DNA of 63,766 nucleotides, filler included, from Nemertoderma westbladi (Eukaryota > Animalia > Xenacoelomorpha), in the NCBI GenBank assembly GCA_032718475.1. It is 3 parts of 3 records of this genome, joined end to end, with 100 filler letters (N's around TTAATTAATTAA, not from the genome) between each part and the next. Parts side by side here need not be neighbours in the genome. Positions count along the whole stretch, not along the records: positions 1 to 16,331 come from JAUCBJ010007391.1; 2 more parts are not named here. One strand, 5' to 3'. A program made the translations under genes and the position numbers. The notes beneath the pieces are model-generated. The model saw nothing but the letters and a program-made list of their open reading frames with translations. It ran no database searches and was not told the DNA's origin. Within the stretch, counting starts at the first letter, position 1. Each line of letters starts with the position of its first letter. Shown here one piece after another: positions 1-11,517 of the stretch.

Positions 1-3000
1 GAAGCTTTTACACAGATGGTTTAAACAATGATTGCTCAAACACCTCATTAGGAAGAACCTTGATGGATATACATTGAGGACAATCCATGAATCCATTGAT
101 GGAGGACTTGATCGCCCAAAAGTAGCGGTTGAAAACTTTCATGAGCTGCCATTTCGATGGATGTTGAAACTGTATATGTAGTGCAGTAAGAATACCTGGA
201 AGTATTGCTTTAGGAACAATAATTAAATCTCGACCTGGCAGAAATGGGTCATCGTTGCAAACGACAAATTAACCATTACTAATTGAAGCAGCTCGAAGAT
301 ATTGGCGCAAATCACAAGCCTTCATAGTTTTCTTAGGAGGATGTGTTCCTTGAGTGAGATGTGAATAGAATCTGCGCAATACTGCTCAATAATGTTGTGC
401 CCATTTCCAGCCAGAAGGGTTTAGATAAGGCATTCGAGCCATGCCTGTTAGGAAATCACTAATAGAAACGGAATTAATTACAGATGATGCCAAACTATCA
501 ACAAAGGAGCAAATTTGGCATAATGATGAGTCCAAACATTCTTGAGGATGACGAGAACTGTAATCACTAGTATTGTTTTCAGATCCCTTCAAGTGCGAAA
601 GTGCAACATTATGAGCACTGAGTGTTGATAGAAAGGTTGAAATGCGGTTAGATGCTGAAATGATGCTAAAAATCGGCCCTTGCATAAGTTCTGATACACT
701 AAAACACAAGGATGACTATCTGTGAGAATTTGTGTTGGGTAAGAACTTTCCCTAGTGTATGGTACGAAATGTTTAATTGCTGCGCAGATAGCCAGAGCTT
801 CATGTTCACATGGTAACCAGGTGACATGATAATATTTCATTTTAAAGCTGTAGAAGCCCCCTAACAAACGTTTATCTCCACGAGAAATGTAGAGTGTTGC
901 ACCCAAACCTTGATTCAAAGGTGATGCATCCACAGCAATAATGAGCTGATCTCCTGGTGTTGGAATAGTTATTACATAGGGTGATCTTAGCGAATTTTGA
1001 ACAGTTTCAAAATGTTTCAGGAGCGCAGGTGACTACATAATTAGACTACGACCCTCAAGTTTCTTAATGGCATTTTCTAATGGAGCTAATAAATAGGAAT
1101 ATTGTGGAATACAACGGGAGAGATCCTTATAAGCTCCTAGAAATGACCTCATTTCACTGCATGTTTTAGGGGGAGTTGCAGAAAGTAGTGGATTGAGTTT
1201 GTAAGAAGTGATTGTCAATGTCCCAGAAGACCACTTCCAACCTAGTATCACAGCTTCTCTAGGTGATACAATTGTTTTTGCACCAGAAAGTTTCAGGTTA
1301 TTGTTGGATAAACGTTCCAGTGCAATAGACCATATTTCGAGCAAATGTTCAAAAGTATTGCAACCAATATAAAGATCTTCTGCAATCTTATCAACATAGC
1401 CATTCTGAATCAGATCTCAGAACTCGAGAAGTCAATTCTTCAAGCCACTAAGAAGACCCTGGCATGCCCATGGCAAATCGAGTGTAAACACGAAGACCTT
1501 TGAAAGGTGTAACTGTGCCAAGATAAGGAATCGAATGTTTATCAACTTTAATTTGAAAGAAAACTTTTGTGAGGTCGGTGATAATAAGAAATTTCCATGA
1601 CGAAATCCTGCGGAAAAGATCATCACACCTCGTAGATTTGGATAGAAGTATCAGCACATATCGAATAATTTCAATAAATGCGGTAACTAAGCGATGACTA
1701 TCTGGTGGTTTTTTTTACAAGGAACCTAGGTGAGGCATAAAGAACCTCAACTACAACATCCTCCGGCTTCTGCATCACTCCAAAAGCTTCTAGTTTATCA
1801 GCTTCAGCCTGAAGCAGAGATAAATTTGAACAATTATAAAATGGGACAGGACCCTTTCGAGGTGGAGGCAGGACTGCGCCAATTTTAACAGTGGCATGGA
1901 TAACACCACTTTTGTCATTATATGACTGGATTTTTAGATTAAAAACATTCTCATAGTATAAATGAAGATTGATTAATTTCTGTCGCTGCTGTGGGTTTAG
2001 TAATTCATGAGGAAGAAGGGTTACAGAATCGGAGAATGGAGTAGTGATAGTGTGGATTTTATGGTTAGCTATGCTCACATTCGGTTGAATAATATGCTCA
2101 TTAGTAATGTTGGGAGTTGTAGTATGCGAGTTACGTAGTTATGTAGGTTACGAGGTATAGAAATGATATTATCACATGTATTAATTATTCGAATAGAATT
2201 TTATATTATACAGGAAACAGATACATTATTAATTGGTGAATGAATGTCTGGCTGCAAAAGGACTTCGATATCATTAAGATACAAAAGAGTGTCACTCCAA
2301 ACTTGGAGGAACTGACCAGGGTATAGTGTTGTTTGCTCCTTGTTACGTAATAACATTGCAGGTTGGGAACATTGAATGTCAGAGTCAGGGCATTTAGAAC
2401 TGTAGGTTACAATAGTATCACCAATATTAATCTCTTGTGCAAGCAGGGATACCTCTATTTTGTTGCAATAACAAAATGGCACACCACCCAGAATGTCTTG
2501 ATTGTCAGCAACGAGAGCCTCTAGGTTAAGTACAATATTACCAAAAAATAATTCAACATTGACTTCACCAACAATATTTAATTGACCAGCAACTTGACTA
2601 GCAGATTGTGCCGATTTCATTATTGGCATCCCAGGTAATGTTGCTAATGACAGAGAAACTAAATTGCCATTTCCCCCTGTATCAATTAGGATCTTACATG
2701 CTGTGGAATTGTAAAAACAGAAAAACAATAGTGAAGGCATACACTGAACACGATTCATTGAAATAGCATACACAGAGGGATCGTCTTCATTCTGATTTAT
2801 TTCAGGAACTGCATCAGCAGCATCCTCCAAATCAATTTCAACATTAAAAGACATCTATTTGAGACTTTTCGAATTTCGAAATGTACCATCAATTAGCAAT
2901 ATCATGGCTAGTAAACGGATGCCCAGATGATTTACATAAAACACAACATTTATTTGAATGGCTTGCAGCACTGTTAGAAAATTTATTGGAATAATTATGA

Positions 3001-3110
3001 CAAGTCGACAATTGGAGAACTGTCAGATATAGATTTTGTTAATCTAGGAGACACCAACAACATTGTTATAGACATTGAGCAAGTTCTAGATTCAGGTAAT
3101 CTGTGTTACA
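1..3110 (-). mobile_element. Degenerate Ty3/gypsy LTR retrotransposon internal region (gag end, protease, RT, RNase H, start of integrase), multiply frameshifted
   Basis: Minus-strand ORF pieces occur in gypsy order. Cys/His gag motif CVLCKSSGHPFTSH (~2900-2950); protease ILIDTG (ORF 2201-2854); RT pieces YASPRFLVKK, TDLTKVFFQI, TPFKGLRVYTRFAMGMPGSS, with the catalytic motif decayed to KIAEDLYIG (~1365-1395); RNase H DASP...CEHEALAI...TDSHP (589-933). The element runs off the left edge of the window. Confidence 0.88.
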
Positions 3111-4048
3111 GGGGAACTGGGAACTTACGAAGAACTGCTGCAAATTACATTGTTTATGATTTCAGGATCTAACAGTACTTTTCATTTCACTGACGAAATC
3201 ACTGCCACCGACTTTTCTATCCAACGACCAGGAAGGAGCCTTGCATAAAGCAAGGCGGATGTCAAAGATATTGTATTCCCTGAAGATGGTTTTGATGTCA
3301 GGGAAGATAACCAAAGAACTGCCAAAGGGAACAATCTTTGCAGCAGGGCAATTGGACAAACTCATCCGGTTTGTAAAATTTTCCATAACAATATATATTC
3401 CATGGTGGATAGATTGTGGTTCACCATCAAATGCCCCTGTTCATGATCTAAAGCTTCAGCAAGGAATTGCAGAATACCCAGATCAGGTCATACAGAGATC
3501 AGCGTTGAAGGCATTTAAGAACCACTTATTTTACTTGACTGAGGAGTTATTACAAGGTATCTGTTTATGAGAAGCAGCATAGGGCTGATAAGATGGTAAC
3601 CCTATTAACCACAAACCCACCAATTCATGGAACATCCACTTATCACTTCACTAAGCGTTTTGGAACCACATATGGGAAACCTAAGATTCCAAATGTGTCA
3701 GAAACAAACATACGTAACCTGGAATTATGTGACTTTGTAGGTGAAGATTCAAGGGGATTTTTTAGTATCATGGATATAGAATCTTCATTCATCCAAGTAC
3801 ATGTTATTTCATGGCCCAGTGACATTTTTTATCTGCATTTCAAAGAGCAGTTGAAGATTTCAGGGTATTAAACGATAGTGCAGAGAGAGAGAGGTGTGAA
3901 GTTGGCAAGTGATTTCAGTTCAGTTGCAAAGATTGAAGAACGTTATCAATTTATTATACAGGTTGTTGAAAATGACCGTAAACGTGTGCCCAATCAGCGG
4001 AAATCCAAAAGAGCTCCAAAAGAAAGAACTTGTTTCTTAACTCTCTGA
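3111..4048 (+). mobile_element. Remnant C-terminal half of a DNA transposase (HxARWM...NDxAERGVK type, tentatively Sola2-like), frameshifted
   Basis: ORFs 3241-3570 and 3593-3871 plus the downstream frame give PGALHKARRMSKILYSLK, NAPVHDL, HLFYLTEEL and NDSAER..VKLASDF...EERYQFIIQVVENDRKRVPN. A possible right terminus ...CAGCCTCACCT lies at ~6404, beyond the Mutator insertion. The superfamily assignment is recalled, not verified. Confidence 0.6.
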
Positions 4049-4586
4049 ACTTCTTAGGTGTTGGTATGGGCATTAAATTTTCAGATTTTATTGAATTGGC
4101 ATAACACTACTACTCATTGATGACTTATATTATAAGTAGTATAGTTGTGAGTGATTTGCTGAATTAAAATAAAATGTATTATTTTCTGTTATGACCTATA
4201 TATATTGACTCTATTTTAGTTTTGAGGATTTCTACCCCCACTAAATTGACCATTGCGTTTTGATTGATACTAAGCACAAGTCTGAGAGGACTTTGGAAGT
4301 ACGATTTTTAGTGAAACACAAATCCGAGAAGTGACGCACCAGTGAGTGTTGAATACCATGATCATAAACTGTACATTATTGCCTGAACAAATCACTCTTG
4401 TTTTGAGGGTGCCTACCGCCTCTAAATCGACCAATCGCGGATCGAATGAACCTAGTACAGTATCATAGGATTACCAGAAGTTGTTTATTATGAAAATGGA
4501 GGAAATATCACTGTCGCGCTAAATTGAACTGTAGTCCTGAAACTTTAGGGTGAGTCTGTTATGTGCACCTAGACATTAATCAAAAG

Positions 4587-6291
4587 GGCAGTGATTTTTT
4601 ATGTCCTTTTATTTGACCTTTTTGTCCTCCTTTTTTTACGAATTGTGCATAATGACTTTTGTTGTCCTTTTAATGACCTTTGTTGTCCTTTTAATGACCT
4701 TTTATGTATGTATTTCTTCAAACTGTCAGACTGCTGATTTCTGGACTGCCAGACAGTTGATTTCAACATGCCTATGCCAAAACATTCAAAATTTGTTGAT
4801 TTCTGGTCTGTCGGACAGTTGGTTTCACTATGCCTGTGCCAAACATTCCATGATTCCATGATTTATATAGACTATGAGATAGATTTCCATATGCGCCTGT
4901 GGTAAAAGACTCTAAATTTAATAGTTTGTGGTTGTTGTCAATAATCGATTAACACATGACGTAGCAAAACACTCATTTTATAGCCAAAAACAATTACCAA
5001 TTGATGGAAAGGAGCAGGTTAAGGCCGGATTTTCTAACCAAAACAATAAACAGTCACTTTACCAAATGAAGGAAAGGAGCAGGTTACAGAGGTGGACCTT
5101 TCTAACCAAAACAATAAACGATTATTTAACTAATTGAGGGAAAGGAGCGGGTTACAGAGGCGGGATTTTCTAACCAAAACAATAAACAGTCACTTTACCA
5201 AATGAAGGAAAGCAGCAGGTTACAGAGGCGGGATTTTCTAACCAAAACAATAAACGATAACATTACCAATTGAGAGAAAGGAGCAGGTTACATAGACGGG
5301 ACTTTCTAACCAAAACAATAAACGATAATTTAACTAATTGAGGGAAAGGGGCAGGTTACAGAGGCGGGATTTTCTAACCAAAACAATAAACAGTCACTTT
5401 ACTAAATGAAGGAAAGGAGCAGGTTACAGAGGCGGGCCTTCCTAACCAAAACAATAAACGGTCACTTTACCAAATCAGGGAAAGGAGCAGGTCACAGAGG
5501 CGGGATTTTCTAACCAAAACAATAAACAGTCACTTTACTAAATGAAGGAAAGGAACAGGTTACAGAGGCGGGCCTTTCTAACCAAAACAATAAACGGTCA
5601 CTTTACCAAATCAGGGAAAGGAGCAGGTCTCAGAGGCGAGATTTTCTAACCAAAACAATAAACAGTCACTTTACTAAATGAAGGAAAGGAGCAGGTTACA
5701 GAGGCGGGCCTTTCTAACCAAAACAATAAACGGTCACTTTACTAATTCAGGGAAAGGAGTAGGTTACAGAGGCGGGATTTTCTAACCAAAACAATAAACT
5801 ATGTCATGTACATAACAATAAACTATGTCATGAACATTTGAGGGAATGGGACAGCTTAAAGATACAGCATCATTGTTTTACATTTCAAATTACATAAATT
5901 CAATTAAATTATATTTCAAATAAAATTAATACAATTTCTTCACCTGTCAAATTAAATCAATACAATGTAATTACCATTAGCACAACCGGTCAGCCGGTAG
6001 GCCTCTACCATTACCATATTTAAATGGTAGGCCACACAGTAGGCCTACAGCAGTACCGGTGCCGGTACCGGTACTAAAATACAGAAATACCTGCTTTATA
6101 CCTACATCTGTACATACAATACAGCAATACTGCAAAATAGTGCTATATATACTAATACCGGTACTGATAGCCTGAGAGAACAGCAGTAGAGAAACCGGTA
6201 GCATGGAACCTAACGGTAGATTTCTGGAGGACATAAAAAGTCAAAAAAAAGGACAAAAAAAGGATTTAAACGGACAATAAAAATTATTGCG
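4587..6291 (+). mobile_element. Non-autonomous Mutator/MULE-like DNA transposon, copy 1
   Basis: Perfect 9-bp TSD AATCAAAAG at 4578-4586 and 6292-6300. Imperfect TIRs GGCAGTGATTTTTTTATGTCC and GGACAATAAAAATTATTGCG. Contains an internal 68-bp tandem array. A second copy is at 35052-38948. Confidence 0.85.
5005..5800. repeat. 68-bp minisatellite (~12 units) inside Mutator-like copy 1
   Basis: The unit GGAAAGGAGCAGGTTACAGAGGCGGGATTTTCTAACCAAAACAATAAAC... recurs at 5071, 5139, 5207 and onward (68-bp spacing). Confidence 0.95.
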
Positions 6292-7257
6292 AATCAAAAG
6301 TGCTAAAACTTTGCCATAGTGCTTATATTAGGTTGTAACCACCAGAAAAAAAGGTAGGCATAATAGGACAACTTTTTGATTTTTGGGGGGCACCAGCCTC
6401 ACCTTAAATTATACAGTACCGTTAGGACTGTAGAGCAATAGGCCAGATTACCCTCAACCAACCCAAACATACTGTACACGTTCGTGGGGACTTCGCGCAG
6501 AACGAGATGAGATACAAATTAAAATTTACGACATAATAAACGCAGTACTCGTCTTCATTTTAAGCCTCGTTCTGCACGTCCTGATTTGTATTTAAATATA
6601 TTTCCTAAACGCAGACTGATGATCCTTATAACTATCGATGCAATCAATATGCGAAGCCAGGTATGGTTTATAGGAATATAATCAACGCAGTACTAAACAG
6701 CTAAATGCAGTCGATGCAGTAATGATATTCAAATAATTAATTTAATTTACCAGTACACTCTGTTATTGCCTCAGTGTAAAAACTTGAACAATTCAAATAG
6801 GCCTACACAGAAATCCTATCAAAAAATAATAAGCCTAATATTTTGAGAAATAAACAATTTTGGATATAAGCCTTATTATTGACAATCATTATTAAATCTG
6901 TCGTTTAGCTAAACAATAAATATATTAAGGGGGGGGGGGGGGGGGGTACACCATTTTGGTCCAAAATATGTCGAAATTTTTATATGGTCTATTATAATGT
7001 ACCATTGAATGGTGTTTCCAAATCGAAAAACCGCTATTTAATAGCTCTTTTAGTTTTCAAATTATATAAATTTCCATTTAAATAATTGTTAATATTTATA
7101 ATCCATACATATGGAACAACTGAGATACTAGTTAAAATTAAATTAAAACAATAATGTGACCATATAATTAGATAAAATGTAATTAGTTCCGTAACTTATG
7201 TAAAAAAGGATATTCCGTAAATGATTAAAATTTGACGTATTAACTGCGCATTTGGGG

Positions 7258-7638
7258 TCAATCAGTGGTCATCAGCCAGATTGCTGTTCGTAGGCGGGAT
7301 CTGCAAAGGGGGATAGCCTGGCATTCCAGGTAATGTTGTTTGGTGGTCGCTGAGCAACCACACATCCAGCATTCACAGCTATCAGCTGGCCTCCAACAAC
7401 TGGGATTGGTGCAGATGCGGTGGTGGTATCCATTTGATACCAGCTGTGCGGCATAGCGGCGGCGTAAACCGGAGAGTCCAGTAACGTCTATGTCGGACGC
7501 GTCTGGATGGTCAATGGCGTGGAGGATTGCAGTAGACGAGGCAAACTTGCTGATTCCGCACCATAACTTCCAGTAGAACGCTCGCACCCGTTGCACGTGG
7601 TCTAGTTGTGTAATGTTCTGTCGTTCTGTTGTGTTCAA
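7258..7638 (-). mobile_element. Probable 3' fragment of a non-LTR retrotransposon ORF2 (Cys/His-rich C-terminus)
   Basis: GC-richer island with no ATG start. It ends in NGYHHRIC...CECWMCG...HYLEC, resembling the C-terminal Cys-rich region of some invertebrate LINE ORF2 proteins (recalled similarity only). Confidence 0.4.
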
Positions 7639-8470
7639 TTTTAAACGTTAATACTGTAACTCGGCCAATCTTTGATGAAATCTATCCAAACTTAGTACAC
7701 ATGTTGTTTGGCAAAAGTTTGGACATTTTCCAAGTAGAATTTACGTGTGGCCTTCGAGAAGCTAAGATAAATGCAGTTAATTAGGTAATTAATTAATTGC
7801 GGTAAAAAAACAGCATTTAGAAGCCAGTCTTTTAGAGGAAATTAATTATTTTATCGTATAAGATTTCATTAATTATACTTAAAAGTTATAGTTTAAAAAA
7901 ACTTGGTTGCGCTTAAAACCCTAAGGCTTTTACAGTTTTGAATCTAATCACATGAAAGTTTTTTTATATGATAGATCAATGATGGGGCAACATAACTATC
8001 AGGCTAAGGTGGCGCTGCAAATTTATGCTAATTTTTAGGTTTGGAATATAATGGAGTTTGCTGATATAAGGCTTCTGTTGGTCGTACAGAGTTAATTTTC
8101 AGGCTTATTTGAACCGCAATCGATTTCGATTTAGTGGGTGCAGATACCTTCAAAACAAGTGCGAAGGTAGTACTGTAGTTCTTGAGATATCATACAAAAG
8201 CTTAATCCCGGCAGAACTCATCAATCGATCAATCAATTGATTGCACCAAGGACATATTAAATATTGGCATAATCATTTTGTAGGTCTACTTCCCTACGTG
8301 TTATTGAAATTAATCTCGATTTCAGCATTGTCTAACCATTCAAAGCTATGTTTAGTAAAAAAATTTAATCACAAACCCATGGGAAATGCTTGTATGAGCA
8401 TAATCTGCTTAATTTGTGCCCAAGTACAATTTCGTGCGATATCAATAATTGGCCACAAAACTTAACTTTT

Positions 8471-9690
8471 ATTATTATTATTATATAAATTCATACACGA
8501 CCCGAAGGGTGGTACATAATCATACATAACAAAGAAAAAAAATAGCACAACCAGACCGGTAAAGTCTAATACAAGATAATATAGCTATAATAAAGAATGT
8601 AGGTTATGAAGTAACAATATAGTCCAAAATATCTTTTAGTTTATGGTGAACGAAACCTTTTACCTCCATAGTATCGAGGCGCCCATTAATTAATTCCTTG
8701 AAGAAATGTACTTTCCATTCATTGCTCTTCTTAATCGGGACATAATTTAAACTTTTTACACATTTAGATTTAAGGTCAGTGATATTATATTTATTACACA
8801 AATTTCCTATCGTCCGTAAATTGGCACCAATACGCGACCTACAATCGTATCGTATAGGCACAGCCTATACCAAGAAATCGAATCACAATTTTAGATGAGG
8901 ATTGTAAACTTTGTGCAAAATTAACAAACTTTGATTGCATCATAATAAATACGGTATGTTCAAAAGGTAAAATTTGTTCAATAATATATTTATGAAAGAG
9001 TTGAAAGGCAATTTGAAAATAATGCGAACATTAATATTCCAAGCACTAAGTATTCTCGAACAATCGTCTGAAAATAGATCCCACAGATTACTGTCATAGA
9101 TACGTTGTAAATTGCACAAATTGAAAGGATTCGTAAAATAAAATTCCTGACGCAACAAATTAAGTTTACCAATAAATTGACCACGTTTCCTTAATATATC
9201 AGATGATGATGAGTTACGGTAATCCAGATCATGACCTAAATGTACAGCCTCACTTACACACGGGAGATTGATACCACATAGAATTATTTTACCACGGGGC
9301 TCCCTCCAAATTGTTACCCAAACTAATCAATATGCACTTTGATTTCGATTTGATGGGATCTGTATCGGCACTAAATATCAATTTAAATCCTTTAGAGAAC
9401 TCCTGACATATTCATACCATGCGTTGTAGACCACAGAGTCGTTGTCGTTGTAGACCACACCGTTGTAGGACACAGAAGGAGAACATCGTCGGCATAAGCG
9501 AGAACTCCAAGGTAAAATCGACCCACGTGACAACCAATTCCCGAGTTTCGCAACCTAACGAGCAAAAGATCTAACATTATGCAAAATAATAGGGGCGAGG
9601 CGACAGACCCTGTCTAACACCATTGGAAATAATGAATGGAGTCGAGTAGGATCCATTCCAGCGCACACAACAAGTCTGATTGGATTAAAT
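8471..9690 (-). mobile_element. 5'-truncated, degenerate LINE of the L2/Crack/Daphne group
   Basis: RT motif GIGCHVGRFYLGVLAYADDVLLL (ORF 9392-9577), downstream LWDLFS...AWNINVRIIFKLP, C-terminal ORF 8604-8861, and a (TAA)n tail at 8471-8484. Confidence 0.82.
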
Positions 9691-10609
9691 CCATAACAGG
9701 TTAACCATTGGTTAATTATATCTGGGAACTGTTAGTTTAATTTGATTTTGACTGATATTAAGGTGCAGAACCCCAAAATCGCATCTGATTTGTATTATTT
9801 AAAATCATATGGTGCATGATATACAACAATACTATACTGTATGTTGTTTCGGAACAACTTTCCTAGTATTGGCTCTCCTAATCTCAGAATGGTAATATGT
9901 GATAGCTAATTGGTTGATATGAGCTGTCAACATGTTTTTTGTACCTGAGGATCAGTTTCCTTTGCTTTCCAGAGGGAAATTTGAAAATTGGCTTACATAT
10001 TGTGAGCCTATGCTTCAATAAGCGGTAATTGAAAAAACATGTGCATTCATATTGTTTAAAAAGGCAATTCCCTTCAATTTTCCGTTCCAAAAAAATTGAG
10101 TAGATAGGAAAACATGTCTAAGATGATTTTCGAATGCTCCAATAGATTGTTAATAGATTTTAACCAAGTGAGTAGTGTTTTAAAGATTGTTGTCCCACAA
10201 CAACATTGCCCATTTAAGAAAGCTATAATTACACTGTTATTAGATTTTATTTCTCAGTTAGTTGGGTACCTACACTAATATTTATTATATAATTATTTAT
10301 TATTATTACCTATTCTGATTTTTATGCTTGCGTATTAATTGTTCGGTACCCGCAGTTGGGAATCTGAAATTTTATGACTTTTCCTAAAAATCTATTGTCT
10401 TCTTAGTAGTAAAAACCGTTTTCAAAAATATTGAGTAGTTTTCGAGTTAAAGCACCATTTTTTAACCCTACTTTTGGCACTTTTTTGAGACGTTTTTGAA
10501 AATTTCATTTCATTAAATATGAATTGTAACATCGCTATTTTTGATTTAAAGCGGTTTTTTGGTGTTAGCAATTGGATGGAATTCGTATAAACTGATTTAG
10601 AAATTTCAC

Positions 10610-11000
10610 ACTTGTTTTTTTCGGCGGGTGCCAAATTTTGGTGCCAGCACCAAATTTTTTAATTTGTCAATTTTGTAAATTAATTGTTTGAAACTTGTTT
10701 TTTACGCAATGGGGGTTTTTTGGGGTTCTGGTTTCGATGGAATATATACGAGTTGCACCAAGCGTATCAAACTTGTATTTTTCGGTGCTGTGTGCAAATT
10801 TTGGTGCTAGCACGAAATTTTGAAAATCCGTTCAATAGATAAAATTGCTTGTGGCAATTTATTTCTTGCCCTTTAGAGGTTTATGGCTGTTCTGAATTCA
10901 ATGGAATATATAATTATCGAACTAGACATATCAAACTTGTATTTTTCGGAAGTGGTTGCATGTGCAAAATGTGGTGCTAGCACCAAATTTTGAAAACCAT
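10610..11000. repeat. Three ~160-bp diverged internal repeats of an unclassified AT-rich non-autonomous element
   Basis: ACTTGT(A/T)TTTTTCGG...AAATTTTGGTGC(C/T)AGCAC recurs at ~10610, ~10771 and ~10935. Confidence 0.55.
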
Positions 11001-11200
11001 CAAATATATCAATTGATTGTGCCACCTTGTTTCTTGCGTTATACGGGTTTGTGAGGGTTCAGAATAAAATTTGAGTTCAAATTACTTATAGCAAACAATT
11101 GTTATGAATGAAAGTAGATTCAATAAGAATCAAATATGCCCCAAATCAATCTACAACATATGCTATATGGTAAATCTGATAGCAGATTCACCATATAGAT

Positions 11201-11454
11201 TGTTGTGTTATCCCCCGAGCGTGGGAAATACATCAGGTTAGTTACATCAGATATATTCATTAGTATATTGTCACGATACACAATAATCTATAATATACCT
11301 GTATACCGACACCATGCACGATACTACTGCAGTACCTGCATACCAACAATAGGTTCACTGCCTGACTCATATATATAGCACCACCGGTATCCTACCTACA
11401 GTAGAATATCCTAGAGCACTCTACATTGTTACAGTATATTTTTATATTCCACCA
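11201..11454 (-). repeat. 3' LTR (254 bp)
   Basis: On the + strand it starts TGTTGTGTTA and ends TATTCCACCA. It abuts the polypurine tract and matches 16238-16331. Confidence 0.92.
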
Positions 11455-11467
11455 TCTCCCTTTTTTT
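11455..11467 (-). promoter_or_regulatory. Polypurine tract (plus-strand primer)
   Basis: Minus-strand AAAAAAAGGGAGA lies immediately before the 3' LTR. Confidence 0.85.
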
Positions 11468-11517
11468 GAGTTTGAATTTTCCTAAAAATTCAAACTTATT
11501 CATTTTTAACATTTTTT

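Noticed and set aside
4599-4861. Short ORFs here and at 35005-35436 as duplicated small genes
   Set aside because: They are chance frames in the low-complexity left arm of the Mutator-like element and are not conserved in frame between the copies.
5005-5800. 68-bp array (constant part plus variable part) as CRISPR-like
   Set aside because: The variable ~20 bp are just two or three recurring variants of one sequence, and the array is internal to a TSD-bounded transposon.
6612-6660. Hammerhead ribozyme at CTGATGA (also the minus-strand CTGATGA near 59290)
   Set aside because: There is no correctly placed GAAA after a stem II and no closing stems.
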